Source: a virus (Duplodnaviria; Caudoviricetes). From it: 61,862 bases of DNA. Each line of letters opens with the position of its first letter. The first letter of the stretch is position 1. Of the stretch, positions 44,196 through 52,779 are shown in pieces. The translations under genes and the position numbers were made by a program. The stretch covers positions 1 to 61,862 of the IMG/VR virus record IMGVR_UViG_3300037502_000606, one strand, 5' to 3'. The notes under the pieces were generated by a model. It was not told the DNA's origin and searched no databases. It was given only the letters and a program-made list of their open reading frames with translations.

Positions 44196-45116
44196 CTAGG
44201 CTGGCATGTACTTATTGGGGTTGATCTCCTTGCCCTGACGCTTGGTTCCTGTACGAGCTTTGCGAACCTTGTCCATCATGGCGTAGAGCTTACGAGCACC
44301 AGCATCGGTTGACCCGTTGCCAATTCCTGAGACGACATCGGCAGGCACTACAAACTCACCGTCTGCTAAACGAGCGGGCTGCTTAGCCCCAATACGTGCC
44401 GGGATGTTGTCTGACATGCCATCGCCTGGTCCTTTGAGCAACCGTCCACCATCTGAGTAGGAACCAAGATGCCCGCCCCTCATGTAGCGCTGAGCTACTG
44501 CGGAGTCTGCCAGGCCACCACCGGCCATGGCTGAACGATATTTGTCCGGGTCGTAACGGAATCGACTTAGAGGGCCGCTGTATTTTTCTGGCTCAGGAAG
44601 CCCCTCTACGTCATAAGACTGCCCAATCGCTGTAGTAGCTGCGCCCAAACCAGCAGGCATCAATACCGGGTTCCTAGCGTAGAACGAGTTAATCGACGGG
44701 AAAGTAGGAGATCCTGCCGCTGGAGCTTGGGCTGCATTTATTCCCATCTCACCTGGAGTTAAAACACTTAGGTCACTATAAAACGTCGGTGTTGCTGCTG
44801 CCGTACCACCTACATTTCCAGCCCCAACTACTGCTGCCTCTGGAGCCATAGAAGTGGTAATCGGCGCTGCTGAACCTGCTGTAGCTCCGGTTGTTGCACC
44901 CGTGGTGCTTGCTGTGGTTATCGGAGCTGCTGCACTTCCCGCTCCACCAGCTGCCCCAGATGCCGCCCCTGTACCAGCACCGGCAATCCCGGCTCCTACG
45001 CCACCCCCGGCAGCACCAAGAAGCGCCCCTTTGAGTGGATCTCCACCTGTAATGGCAGAAGTACCGGCGCCAGTTACAGCACCAATGATCATTGCCTCGC
45101 CTACGCCCGTACCCAT
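44196..45116 (-). CDS. Ejection-type protein with C-terminal putative peptidase module
   Basis: G/A-rich membrane-like N-terminus; YSDGG.LLKGPGDGMSDNIPA...ARLADGEFVVPADVV. Confidence 0.72.
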   Translation of the reverse strand: MGTGVGEAMIIGAVTGAGTSAITGGDPLKGALLGAAGGGVGAGIAGAGTGAASGAAGGAGSAAAPITTASTTGATTGATAGSAAPITTSMAPEAAVVGAGNVGGTAAATPTFYSDLSVLTPGEMGINAAQAPAAGSPTFPSINSFYARNPVLMPAGLGAATTAIGQSYDVEGLPEPEKYSGPLSRFRYDPDKYRSAMAGGGLADSAVAQRYMRGGHLGSYSDGGRLLKGPGDGMSDNIPARIGAKQPARLADGEFVVPADVVSGIGNGSTDAGARKLYAMMDKVRKARTGTKRQGKEINPNKYMPA

Positions 45117-45171
45117 AAAAGCCTCCTAAATGCTTGACTAACCGTATTATCCGTGATTTAGCTACTGTTGA

Positions 45172-46062
45172 CTAGGTTGTAACCGTGGGTAAAGAACCAG
45201 AAAGCAGGACTGCTTTTACCCCAGGTTTTACGCTTACGCTCTCTACTGCTGATACAAAACTGATTGATCCTATTGCCGACGGTATGGCTGGACGAACATA
45301 CGGGGTTGTCTGTGCGACATCGTGGAACATATATACCCCATCGACAGGCCCGGTCGAGTTATAAGCTTGATCTGTGGCCCAGTAAAGCTCTACTTCATCG
45401 CCAATCTGAACCGTAAAAGTGGCTTCAGAATAGGCTGCTAAATAACCTTCTTCGTTAGGGGATGCACTTTTTCGTGCAGGTATTGTGAAGATTGTTGCTG
45501 AATTAGCTACATCACTACCATTTACCTTCAACCATACGGTAGCGTAGTGAATGGCGTTTGCGGTATTGATGAACTGCAAGCTATACCGAATGGTAAATAC
45601 CCCAGCATAATCCGCTGTTGCAGAACCTGGCGAGTTAAGCGTCCATCCAAAACCTGAGTCCAGGGTATTCCACTTAACCACCGTCGGCGTATCGTTCCCA
45701 CCGGCGATCTGGTCTGTACTATCTGATGCGGAAATGTGTGGAAATACAAGCCTTCTTCCCTGGCCGGCAAAGACTCCACCGTTAAATTGATCCCCGTTGA
45801 AGTTTCCACCATTGAAGTAGTCACCGTTGAAGCTGTCGCCAGTAAAAACCGTTCCAGTAAATGTCCCACCGGTATAGGCTGAACCGGAGAAAATCCCTCC
45901 TATGAACTCGTCTGCTCGATAGGAGTTGGCCTGCTGCGGGGTGAGGGAGTCTAGTTGGTTGAAGTACAGGCGCAGCGCATTGATAAGCTGGTCCATCTGC
46001 TGACGGTCATACTGCTCCCTTGGCAGAGGAAGAGCTGGTGCCCGGAATCCAATAAGCGCCAT
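45172..46062 (-). CDS. Tail needle/spike-like protein with pentapeptide repeats
   Basis: N-terminal helix LRLYFNQLD; (GxxFx) repeats; C1q/TNF-like C-terminal domain. Confidence 0.6.
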   Translation of the reverse strand: MALIGFRAPALPLPREQYDRQQMDQLINALRLYFNQLDSLTPQQANSYRADEFIGGIFSGSAYTGGTFTGTVFTGDSFNGDYFNGGNFNGDQFNGGVFAGQGRRLVFPHISASDSTDQIAGGNDTPTVVKWNTLDSGFGWTLNSPGSATADYAGVFTIRYSLQFINTANAIHYATVWLKVNGSDVANSATIFTIPARKSASPNEEGYLAAYSEATFTVQIGDEVELYWATDQAYNSTGPVDGVYMFHDVAQTTPYVRPAIPSAIGSISFVSAVESVSVKPGVKAVLLSGSLPTVTT

Positions 46063-48279
46063 TTATCTCTTGCCGTCTTCTCGGGCGTCGATCCTGGGCA
46101 TACCAAGTTGCCATTGAACCCCTAGACCATCTGAGCTGATCCGCATAGCCATCTGTCTGCCTCGGGCACGAATGAATACCTGTTCCGTATACTGATCGAC
46201 AGTCGTCTGAATGACCGGTTTTTCGTTCAAAGCATTGTTGGTAAACGCCGCGCCAGGGAAGTTCCTAGCCCGTATGGCCATGGTTACTTCTGGGTTTGCT
46301 GCCGTAGACCCACGGAAATTTACGTCCGGGATCATCCGTTTGGTCAGCATCAGCTTCTCGCCGTCCTCGATGTCAAAGTCTGAAGACTGGATAAACGCCT
46401 CCATCGGGAGATCACCGTCGTTCACTCCTACCTCATGGGTGTAGAGAATCCCTGGGTTTTGATTCTCATCGGTGTAAGTCGCTGTTGGATAGTCCCTGGA
46501 GGACACATCGAGCCAGGACGTTCTGACCATGTTCCCGTAGTACCAGACTTTCTCTAGGTGGTTGAAGACTACATAACGGTCAATCCAGTTGGAGTTTGCG
46601 CTGCAATAGAACCACCAGACTTCGTTGTATCCCTCGTTCGTCCCGCAGATAACCTGGTCTGCTTGATTCAGGTTAATGTCTTTGAAGACGTACTCTCTGA
46701 GAGTACAAGGAAGAGTCTGCACCCGACCATCATAGGCATAGAATTTATCCATCCCCATCCAGTAGGTTACGTTGTTTACGGAGATACAAGACCGTGGGGA
46801 CATGATCGAAATGTTGTCTGCCAGCTCCTGGAGGCCAAATACCTCAATAGTGCCTAGGAACTGGAAGCTATAAACGTGCGTATCTGTGAAGACAATAATC
46901 TCTTGCCTGGTCGGCAGCGCTCGGACAATCCTCGATCCACGGGATACCCGAATGAATCCAGCCGAGTTAGTCAGTAGCGGCGTCCATACGTTTGGCTGAT
47001 CCTGGGTGGCCCAACGAATCAGAAGAGGATCAAATTCGCCTGTAGATCCTGCATATGGCTGACATCCAAAAGCCAGAAGATGCTTATCATTCTGGGATAC
47101 AAGTATTTGGTAAGCGGATTCAGGAACATCGGCCGGGGCCACTCCATCAAGGGTTAGTCCAGACAACAAGACAGCCCTAGTGCTCAGCTCAGCCTGGGCG
47201 TTAACCGTCGTACCACGAACCCAGTAATAGATCGGACCACCGGTAGCTATTCCAGAACCGGTAGTAACCGCCCTAATGTTCATCACCAGGTCATTGTCAA
47301 AGTTATCAAAGAACCAGTCACGCTGAGGTAGATATACGGGCAACGGACTAGCCAGGCCCCATCCAGTTGGAGATGCTACAAGTTGAGCACTATGGGTACC
47401 GCTCTGTGTTCCGCTGGTGTTGATTGCTGCGCCGGCCTGAGTCAACGACAGGCTGCATGTACTACCAGAAGCATTGACAATGTAATAAGCAACACCTGCC
47501 GTCAGCCCAGTTGGAAGGGCGCCGGTCGTGCTCAGAATGATGACTGTGTTATCTACTGGAGTGTGTGTAGCAAAGGTAAGAACAGCCGGGGATGCGATGG
47601 TAACGGTGAACGTTCCGATGGCAGATAAGCCTGTTGTGCCACCAAATCCACCAGTGCCCCAGCCATAACCTGCGGTCTGCAAAGGAAAGCCTGGGTGTAT
47701 CTGACAGCCTACGAATATGGCCGTGCCACCGCCCGTAGTTGTAGAAGTAGCCGCTGTAGATACAACGATCTTAAAGTTGTCGTTATTCGGGACTTCTGTA
47801 ACTTTGTGCTCGGCATTAAGAATTGCACTGGGTATACCGCCTACGTCCGATGCACCAGCTATTGTGATGTAGTCACCTACCAAGCATCCATGCCCAGTGA
47901 TGTTGATATTGACCGTAGTTGAACCATTGGTCGTGTCGATACAGTTATCTGTAGTGGGGGTCTTAAATGTGTATTCCTGATCTGGAGAGGCAAGCGGATT
48001 ACGGATGGGCGTAATGTCGTAGAAGATCCCGCCTACCTCGATGTAGACCTTCTGGTCTGTACCAACCGCTAACAGATTGTCCGTGTAGGACGTAACCCAG
48101 TTCCAGAGCTGACGGCAAGTCCCTAGGAATCTTTCTGACGTTGCCTCAACCCAGCCGCCTAGCTTCTGTGGATACCCTGAGTAGAAACGGATCTTGTCGC
48201 ACTCATAGTAGCCGCCCTCGTTGGCATAGTTCGTTGTATCTCTGTTGATGCCTGGGCGAAGAGTGACTTTTCTTAACAT
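46063..48279 (-). CDS. Tail nozzle/stabilisation protein (P22 gp10-like)
   Basis: PGINR, PQKLGGW, IRWATQD, YWMG..FYAYDG, EVWWFY; inserted beta domains. Confidence 0.75.
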   Translation of the reverse strand: MLRKVTLRPGINRDTTNYANEGGYYECDKIRFYSGYPQKLGGWVEATSERFLGTCRQLWNWVTSYTDNLLAVGTDQKVYIEVGGIFYDITPIRNPLASPDQEYTFKTPTTDNCIDTTNGSTTVNINITGHGCLVGDYITIAGASDVGGIPSAILNAEHKVTEVPNNDNFKIVVSTAATSTTTGGGTAIFVGCQIHPGFPLQTAGYGWGTGGFGGTTGLSAIGTFTVTIASPAVLTFATHTPVDNTVIILSTTGALPTGLTAGVAYYIVNASGSTCSLSLTQAGAAINTSGTQSGTHSAQLVASPTGWGLASPLPVYLPQRDWFFDNFDNDLVMNIRAVTTGSGIATGGPIYYWVRGTTVNAQAELSTRAVLLSGLTLDGVAPADVPESAYQILVSQNDKHLLAFGCQPYAGSTGEFDPLLIRWATQDQPNVWTPLLTNSAGFIRVSRGSRIVRALPTRQEIIVFTDTHVYSFQFLGTIEVFGLQELADNISIMSPRSCISVNNVTYWMGMDKFYAYDGRVQTLPCTLREYVFKDINLNQADQVICGTNEGYNEVWWFYCSANSNWIDRYVVFNHLEKVWYYGNMVRTSWLDVSSRDYPTATYTDENQNPGILYTHEVGVNDGDLPMEAFIQSSDFDIEDGEKLMLTKRMIPDVNFRGSTAANPEVTMAIRARNFPGAAFTNNALNEKPVIQTTVDQYTEQVFIRARGRQMAMRISSDGLGVQWQLGMPRIDAREDGKR

Positions 48280-48747
48280 TTACGCAACCAATCCTGGTAG
48301 GTATACGGTCTTTCCGTCTTTCCTGGTGGCCGTCAGAACCTGTTTCTTCAGATCCTGCTCATCGTAACTAACATGAACCCAACCACTGTCAGGTACGCCA
48401 GGAATATAGAATTCCAAAATAAGCTGTGTGTAAGCCAGGTTGTCTCTAATATAAGTAGCAAGCTCTGCATTGGGCACCCCCGGTATCTCTATGTCAGCAG
48501 CCATACCACGGGTATGGTCCGACGTTCTTGACCCGCCCACTTTAGCATTTACATCTGGCGAGCGATAGCCCGAGTTGACCTTCACACCTTTCTGGTAGTG
48601 GTCACGGATAGGCTGGAGGACATTGGCGCAGAGTTGCAATAGGTTGTTCAGTTCGTCCGGGCCGGGGTTATTCTCCATGCCATGCCGCAGCGCAGTCTCA
48701 GATTTAATCATCTCCGCCAGGGAGAAATTCTTTGTTAGTTGGGTCAT
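48280..48747 (-). CDS. Endolysin, peptidase M15 family
   Basis: SGYRS..VN..VGG...SDH..G.AAD...WVHVS. Confidence 0.92.
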   Translation of the reverse strand: MTQLTKNFSLAEMIKSETALRHGMENNPGPDELNNLLQLCANVLQPIRDHYQKGVKVNSGYRSPDVNAKVGGSRTSDHTRGMAADIEIPGVPNAELATYIRDNLAYTQLILEFYIPGVPDSGWVHVSYDEQDLKKQVLTATRKDGKTVYLPGLVA

Positions 48748-49181
48748 TTCTTCTCCAATAGATCGTCAATCTGCTTGGACTTTTCTTTGCTGCCAGCCGA
48801 CGAGCCGAAGTAGTACCCGAGAACCATCGTCACGGCAGAGGTCAGTGCCCCCAGAACGTAGATCAAAATGTCTTTGGACTGCTCATCCACATCTACAAAG
48901 ATAATCACAGCATAGAGCAAGAAGGTTAGGGTTACGGTGCCTAGGGCCAGCAGGGGGGTCACAATCTTGTTCAGAGTCGGTGCAAACTCGCTGGTGGCAA
49001 TCTGCACCTCACGGTCACGTGCAGAGTCCATCTCTTTGGCCTGGAAGTCTAACTGCGCTAACTCGCCCTTCTGAGCCATTTCCATAAGTTTGGCCTGGGC
49101 CTCGGCTTTAGCAGCAGGGTCGGGAATGACTTTATCGAGAACCTTTTCCCCGATAGATAGTAGTGCGGCTATGGGTAGCAT
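48744..49181 (-). CDS. Holin (3TM, GTA-holin-like)
   Basis: DKVIPDP, SARDRE, TM helices, YYFGSS. Confidence 0.8.
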   Translation of the reverse strand: MLPIAALLSIGEKVLDKVIPDPAAKAEAQAKLMEMAQKGELAQLDFQAKEMDSARDREVQIATSEFAPTLNKIVTPLLALGTVTLTFLLYAVIIFVDVDEQSKDILIYVLGALTSAVTMVLGYYFGSSAGSKEKSKQIDDLLEKK

Positions 49182-49594
49182 TACTTCCCCTTTCCGGTAG
49201 TAACTACATCGTCGCCTTTCCGTACCGTTACTCGCTCACCGTCAACTGTAACAGCCATAGGCTCGGCCTTGTCAGCCAACTTGTCCAGCCGGTCTATCAG
49301 GGTCTTGATGACTTCAAACTCAGGGCGTTCTTGTTTAGGTGCGGTACCGGCGATGCCGTTCATCATGGAGATTAGGGCCGTGAGAGAGGCGCCAAGTAGC
49401 CCCATGACCGCAGCCATCTTGCCTTCTTCTAGGAAGATACTGGCAACAACACCAATGATGACTATGACCGTGATGTACGGAAGGCCATGTTTGCCGATCG
49501 CCTTACCAGCAACATCTTTTGCTGCGGCCTGGGCTTCTAACTTATCTAACTCTATCCGGGCCTGAATCTTTAAGAGTTCGATGTCTGCGCTCAT
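49181..49594 (-). CDS. Two-TM membrane protein, lysis module
   Basis: Two hydrophobic helices; coupled to the holin gene. Confidence 0.65.
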   Translation of the reverse strand: MSADIELLKIQARIELDKLEAQAAAKDVAGKAIGKHGLPYITVIVIIGVVASIFLEEGKMAAVMGLLGASLTALISMMNGIAGTAPKQERPEFEVIKTLIDRLDKLADKAEPMAVTVDGERVTVRKGDDVVTTGKGK

Positions 49595-49905
49595 TACCAG
49601 GGTACCCCTTGGGCGGTTTTGATTTTTCGTTCATCCAGTGACATCTGTAGGGCACGTTGATATTTTGCTATTTGTTCTGGGCCAAGCTGCTCTTGAACCC
49701 ATTGAATAGTTTCAGCTTCGGTAAGCTGGTCAAACGGAATAAAACCAGGGTCTGATGGTGACTTATATGGAACCTCTTGATTGACATTCCCGCTGACTTT
49801 AGTTTGCCCATCAACCATAGAAAGATTGCAACAGACCGTAATAACAACCCCCTCTGGTACCGTGCGAATTAGGTTATACACAGACCAGATAATCTGGTTA
49901 TCCAT
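49594..49905 (-). CDS. Tail fibre-associated protein
   Basis: FIPFDQLTE..TIQWV...GVPW. Confidence 0.7.
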   Translation of the reverse strand: MDNQIIWSVYNLIRTVPEGVVITVCCNLSMVDGQTKVSGNVNQEVPYKSPSDPGFIPFDQLTEAETIQWVQEQLGPEQIAKYQRALQMSLDERKIKTAQGVPW

Positions 49906-51550
49906 TTAACTTCTCCTTGAGTGCATTGATTTCTGCACGTAGCGTCTGAATCTCTTTAAGCATGGGAGCAATAAGTTGTTCGTAATTGATACCTGATACT
50001 TTGCCATTGACCATCACGCAAAGCTCTGGGCGAACACCAACAACATCATCAGCAATAAGACCAAACTCAGTATTTGTGTTGTACTGATCTGTATAGCCCC
50101 CGTCTTCATTGCGCTCACGACGGTTGTAAGACACCGGCTCTAAAGACATCAACCAACTTGCGTCAGTGATAGGGGCGATGTTCGTCTTTGACTCACGGGT
50201 AGAAGACAGGCCACCTATATCTCCAGTGCTGTCTATGTACAACGTGCGATTCGTAGCGCCTACGGTAAAACTATACGCATCATTAAACTTGACTCTGTTA
50301 TCCGCTTGTAACGAATAAGTGCGCCCATTAGATGCAATCTTAAGCGATGTTGTTGATATTGGGGTGTCGTTAATGCTAACCTCCCCAGTCGGTGTAATTG
50401 TTATTCGCTCAAAATCGTCTGTATCAATACGTATTTTTGTAGTAACCCCCGTACCAACAGAATTTGAATCTATTTTTACCTGAGTATTGTCTGCATATAA
50501 AAATCCGTAGTTGCAATTTAACGCATCTGTTGATGATGTATAAGCATAAAACCCTGTACCTTTATTTGTTCCATTGGGAATAATTCCAAAAACAGTACCA
50601 GCATCAGTGGTTGAGTTTTGTACTGAAAAAGCGTTGGCGTTCTGGTGAGCACCATCAAAAGGCGCTATAAGTCTTCGACTGTTACCCGTAAATGTAAGAT
50701 TTGCACCAATAGTCTGATTGGCTGTGAACGTCTGAATCTCTTCTAAAAACGCAAATGTTCTGTTACCGGTCACTGCTGGAATCGTAAGCGTCCTGGCTGT
50801 GTTGGTCGTGTAGCTAATCGTAGCTTTGTTAAGCTGGGTGCCGACGTTCAACGTACCAATATTGCCGGTTGTCATGCCAATCGTTGTAGCTTCAAATCCG
50901 CCCAACGAATCCCTAGCTACAATCGTTGATGCTGTACTAGCAGATGCCGTAGTGATTGCGTGAGTGTGGGTTGATCCAGATACGTTGTTAGTCGTTGTTG
51001 TGTTGAGCGTACTAGGCGTACCAAGCGTTACAGATCCTGACGTCGTAATCGTCGAGAAGCTCATCCCGTTGCCAGCGGCCACGGAAGATACCGTTCCAGA
51101 TGCGCTAGAAATTGGAGATCCACCAATCGTTGATCCAGCAGGAAGATTGGTTACGGCGTTTACTACGTCCGTTCCATTGTTATAAAGGTGCATCGTGGCA
51201 CCGTTTGGAACCGATACACCAGTCTGGCCAGAGACTTTAACCGTTACCGCAAATCCCCCAGTGGTACCGTTTTTAACTATGTAGGCTTTCTGAACCGCCG
51301 GGACATTAAGAGTCGCAGCTCCGCCTGGCGTACCAGTGAGATTGAGATACAAGGCCCGAGCATCTTGAAGCGCATTGGTATCGGTAAGGGTTAAAGTCTC
51401 AGATGTGCTGGACATCGTGACATCTGCTTTGCCACCTATGGCCTGCTCGATGGTTGTGCCCAGGTTGGTATTGGTGGTCTGGCCCCAGGTAGCTACTTGT
51501 TCGCCAGTGCCAATGAGTTCGATCTTAAGCGGGCTGTACGTACTTGCCAT
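49898..51550 (-). CDS. Tail fibre with C-terminal intramolecular chaperone (peptidase S74-like)
   Basis: MASTYS.LKIELIGTGEQ..TWG.TTNTN; SSTRESKTNI...L.PVSY...GLIA...INY..L..coiled coil. Confidence 0.85.
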   Translation of the reverse strand: MASTYSPLKIELIGTGEQVATWGQTTNTNLGTTIEQAIGGKADVTMSSTSETLTLTDTNALQDARALYLNLTGTPGGAATLNVPAVQKAYIVKNGTTGGFAVTVKVSGQTGVSVPNGATMHLYNNGTDVVNAVTNLPAGSTIGGSPISSASGTVSSVAAGNGMSFSTITTSGSVTLGTPSTLNTTTTNNVSGSTHTHAITTASASTASTIVARDSLGGFEATTIGMTTGNIGTLNVGTQLNKATISYTTNTARTLTIPAVTGNRTFAFLEEIQTFTANQTIGANLTFTGNSRRLIAPFDGAHQNANAFSVQNSTTDAGTVFGIIPNGTNKGTGFYAYTSSTDALNCNYGFLYADNTQVKIDSNSVGTGVTTKIRIDTDDFERITITPTGEVSINDTPISTTSLKIASNGRTYSLQADNRVKFNDAYSFTVGATNRTLYIDSTGDIGGLSSTRESKTNIAPITDASWLMSLEPVSYNRRERNEDGGYTDQYNTNTEFGLIADDVVGVRPELCVMVNGKVSGINYEQLIAPMLKEIQTLRAEINALKEKLNG

Positions 51551-51553
51551 GAT

Positions 51554-51925
51554 TTACTCCGTAGTTTCGGTCTGTACCTCAACCCATGATGTAGTTGCTT
51601 CGTCCCATGAGTACATTTTCTCACCTTCAGGTCTTGGAACCGGTGCTTCCCATTGGGCTGTTTCATTATTCAAAAACCAACTCGCAAAGGGTTTGGGCGG
51701 TACAAACGCATCAATGTCAGCGTTGTAGGTGTAGCCAATACCAGCATAGTTCTTGCGGACATTGCCGTTGTAGCTGGTCTGCTTCCATTCACCGCCGAAT
51801 AGACGCTCGCAGAACGCAGCACCGATATGCTCTTTTTCTACGCCAGCAGCATCGGCTGTGTCTTTGTTGTCTACTACGATGACCTGAGTCACCACTCCAT
51901 CTTCAATCTTAGCGAAATGCGCCAT
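51554..51925 (-). CDS. Tail fibre-associated protein
   Basis: MAHFAKI...WKQTSYN...RKNYAGIGYTY...DAF..PKPF.SW. Confidence 0.8.
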   Translation of the reverse strand: MAHFAKIEDGVVTQVIVVDNKDTADAAGVEKEHIGAAFCERLFGGEWKQTSYNGNVRKNYAGIGYTYNADIDAFVPPKPFASWFLNNETAQWEAPVPRPEGEKMYSWDEATTSWVEVQTETTE

Positions 51926-52529
51926 CTAGTTCTCCAATCTGTAATCCAGTTAGGCTTACTTCTTCACCGATACTTCCTACAGGGAAGGTGTTAAACGACA
52001 GGCTTATGCGGGTCTGGTTGCCCTGCACCGTCTCTACCATATGCTCCAGGCTAGAAGGAAACAGAACAAGATCACCTGTGCCGACTTCAAACCACCAGGA
52101 CTCTGAGTTGTAGATATTCCAGTTCTCAGGTGGAAACTTGATCTGCTGGAACCCCGCACGATAGAAGTAAATCTTGTCCGTCTCTCTGTTGGCCTGGGGA
52201 TAGAACACGCCAGATACGAACGAGTTAGGGTGTGCGTGTTTGTGATGCCATTGGCCTGGCTCTGTGTAGTTAGTCCATGACTGCGTGATCTTGAGGTCTA
52301 CCTTGTGCTTGGGGTTATGGACAGTCGTAAAGTAATCCGCAACAGAAGTCTCGATAAAGTCTCTGAGTTTCGTTAGTTCCTTGTTCCGCAAAATCGTGTT
52401 GTCTACAGAAGTTGTGTTGCCCATGTTCGGGCGAGTCTCTTGGCCTTTGATAAACGACAGTTCTTTTGCGGTCAGATCACGGTCTAGTTTGTAGATGCCA
52501 ACAGGTTGAGGGAAAAGGTTATGCAGCAT
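51909..52529 (-). CDS. Putative 2OG-Fe(II) oxygenase (TIGR02466-like)
   Basis: SWTN...HKHAHPNSFVSGVFY...GDLVLFPS.LEH.V...RISLSFN; start revised. Confidence 0.87.
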   Translation of the reverse strand: MLHNLFPQPVGIYKLDRDLTAKELSFIKGQETRPNMGNTTSVDNTILRNKELTKLRDFIETSVADYFTTVHNPKHKVDLKITQSWTNYTEPGQWHHKHAHPNSFVSGVFYPQANRETDKIYFYRAGFQQIKFPPENWNIYNSESWWFEVGTGDLVLFPSSLEHMVETVQGNQTRISLSFNTFPVGSIGEEVSLTGLQIGELDGAFR

Positions 52530-52779
52530 TGATAGCATCCTCAATCATCTTCTGCTGGCCTGTGATCTGTTCTATTTGCTCCGGCAACCAGATGGTGTTG
52601 ATAGAGTCCTCAAATGCTTTAATCTTCTCTATCGTCTCTTGTACTTCTTCCCATGTAGGGCAAGGCCGAGGGTCTTCCCACCGTGTAAACATGGTGTTGC
52701 TGATCTCCCACTTAGCCCCAGGACGAAGCAAGTGCATTGCAGTATCAATGCCTACGAGTCGGTATATTTTTGTATCCAT
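52519..52779 (-). CDS. Tail-associated small protein (XkdW-like)
   Basis: LRPGAKW...W.DPRPCPT.EEV. Confidence 0.65.
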   Translation of the reverse strand: MDTKIYRLVGIDTAMHLLRPGAKWEISNTMFTRWEDPRPCPTWEEVQETIEKIKAFEDSINTIWLPEQIEQITGQQKMIEDAINAA

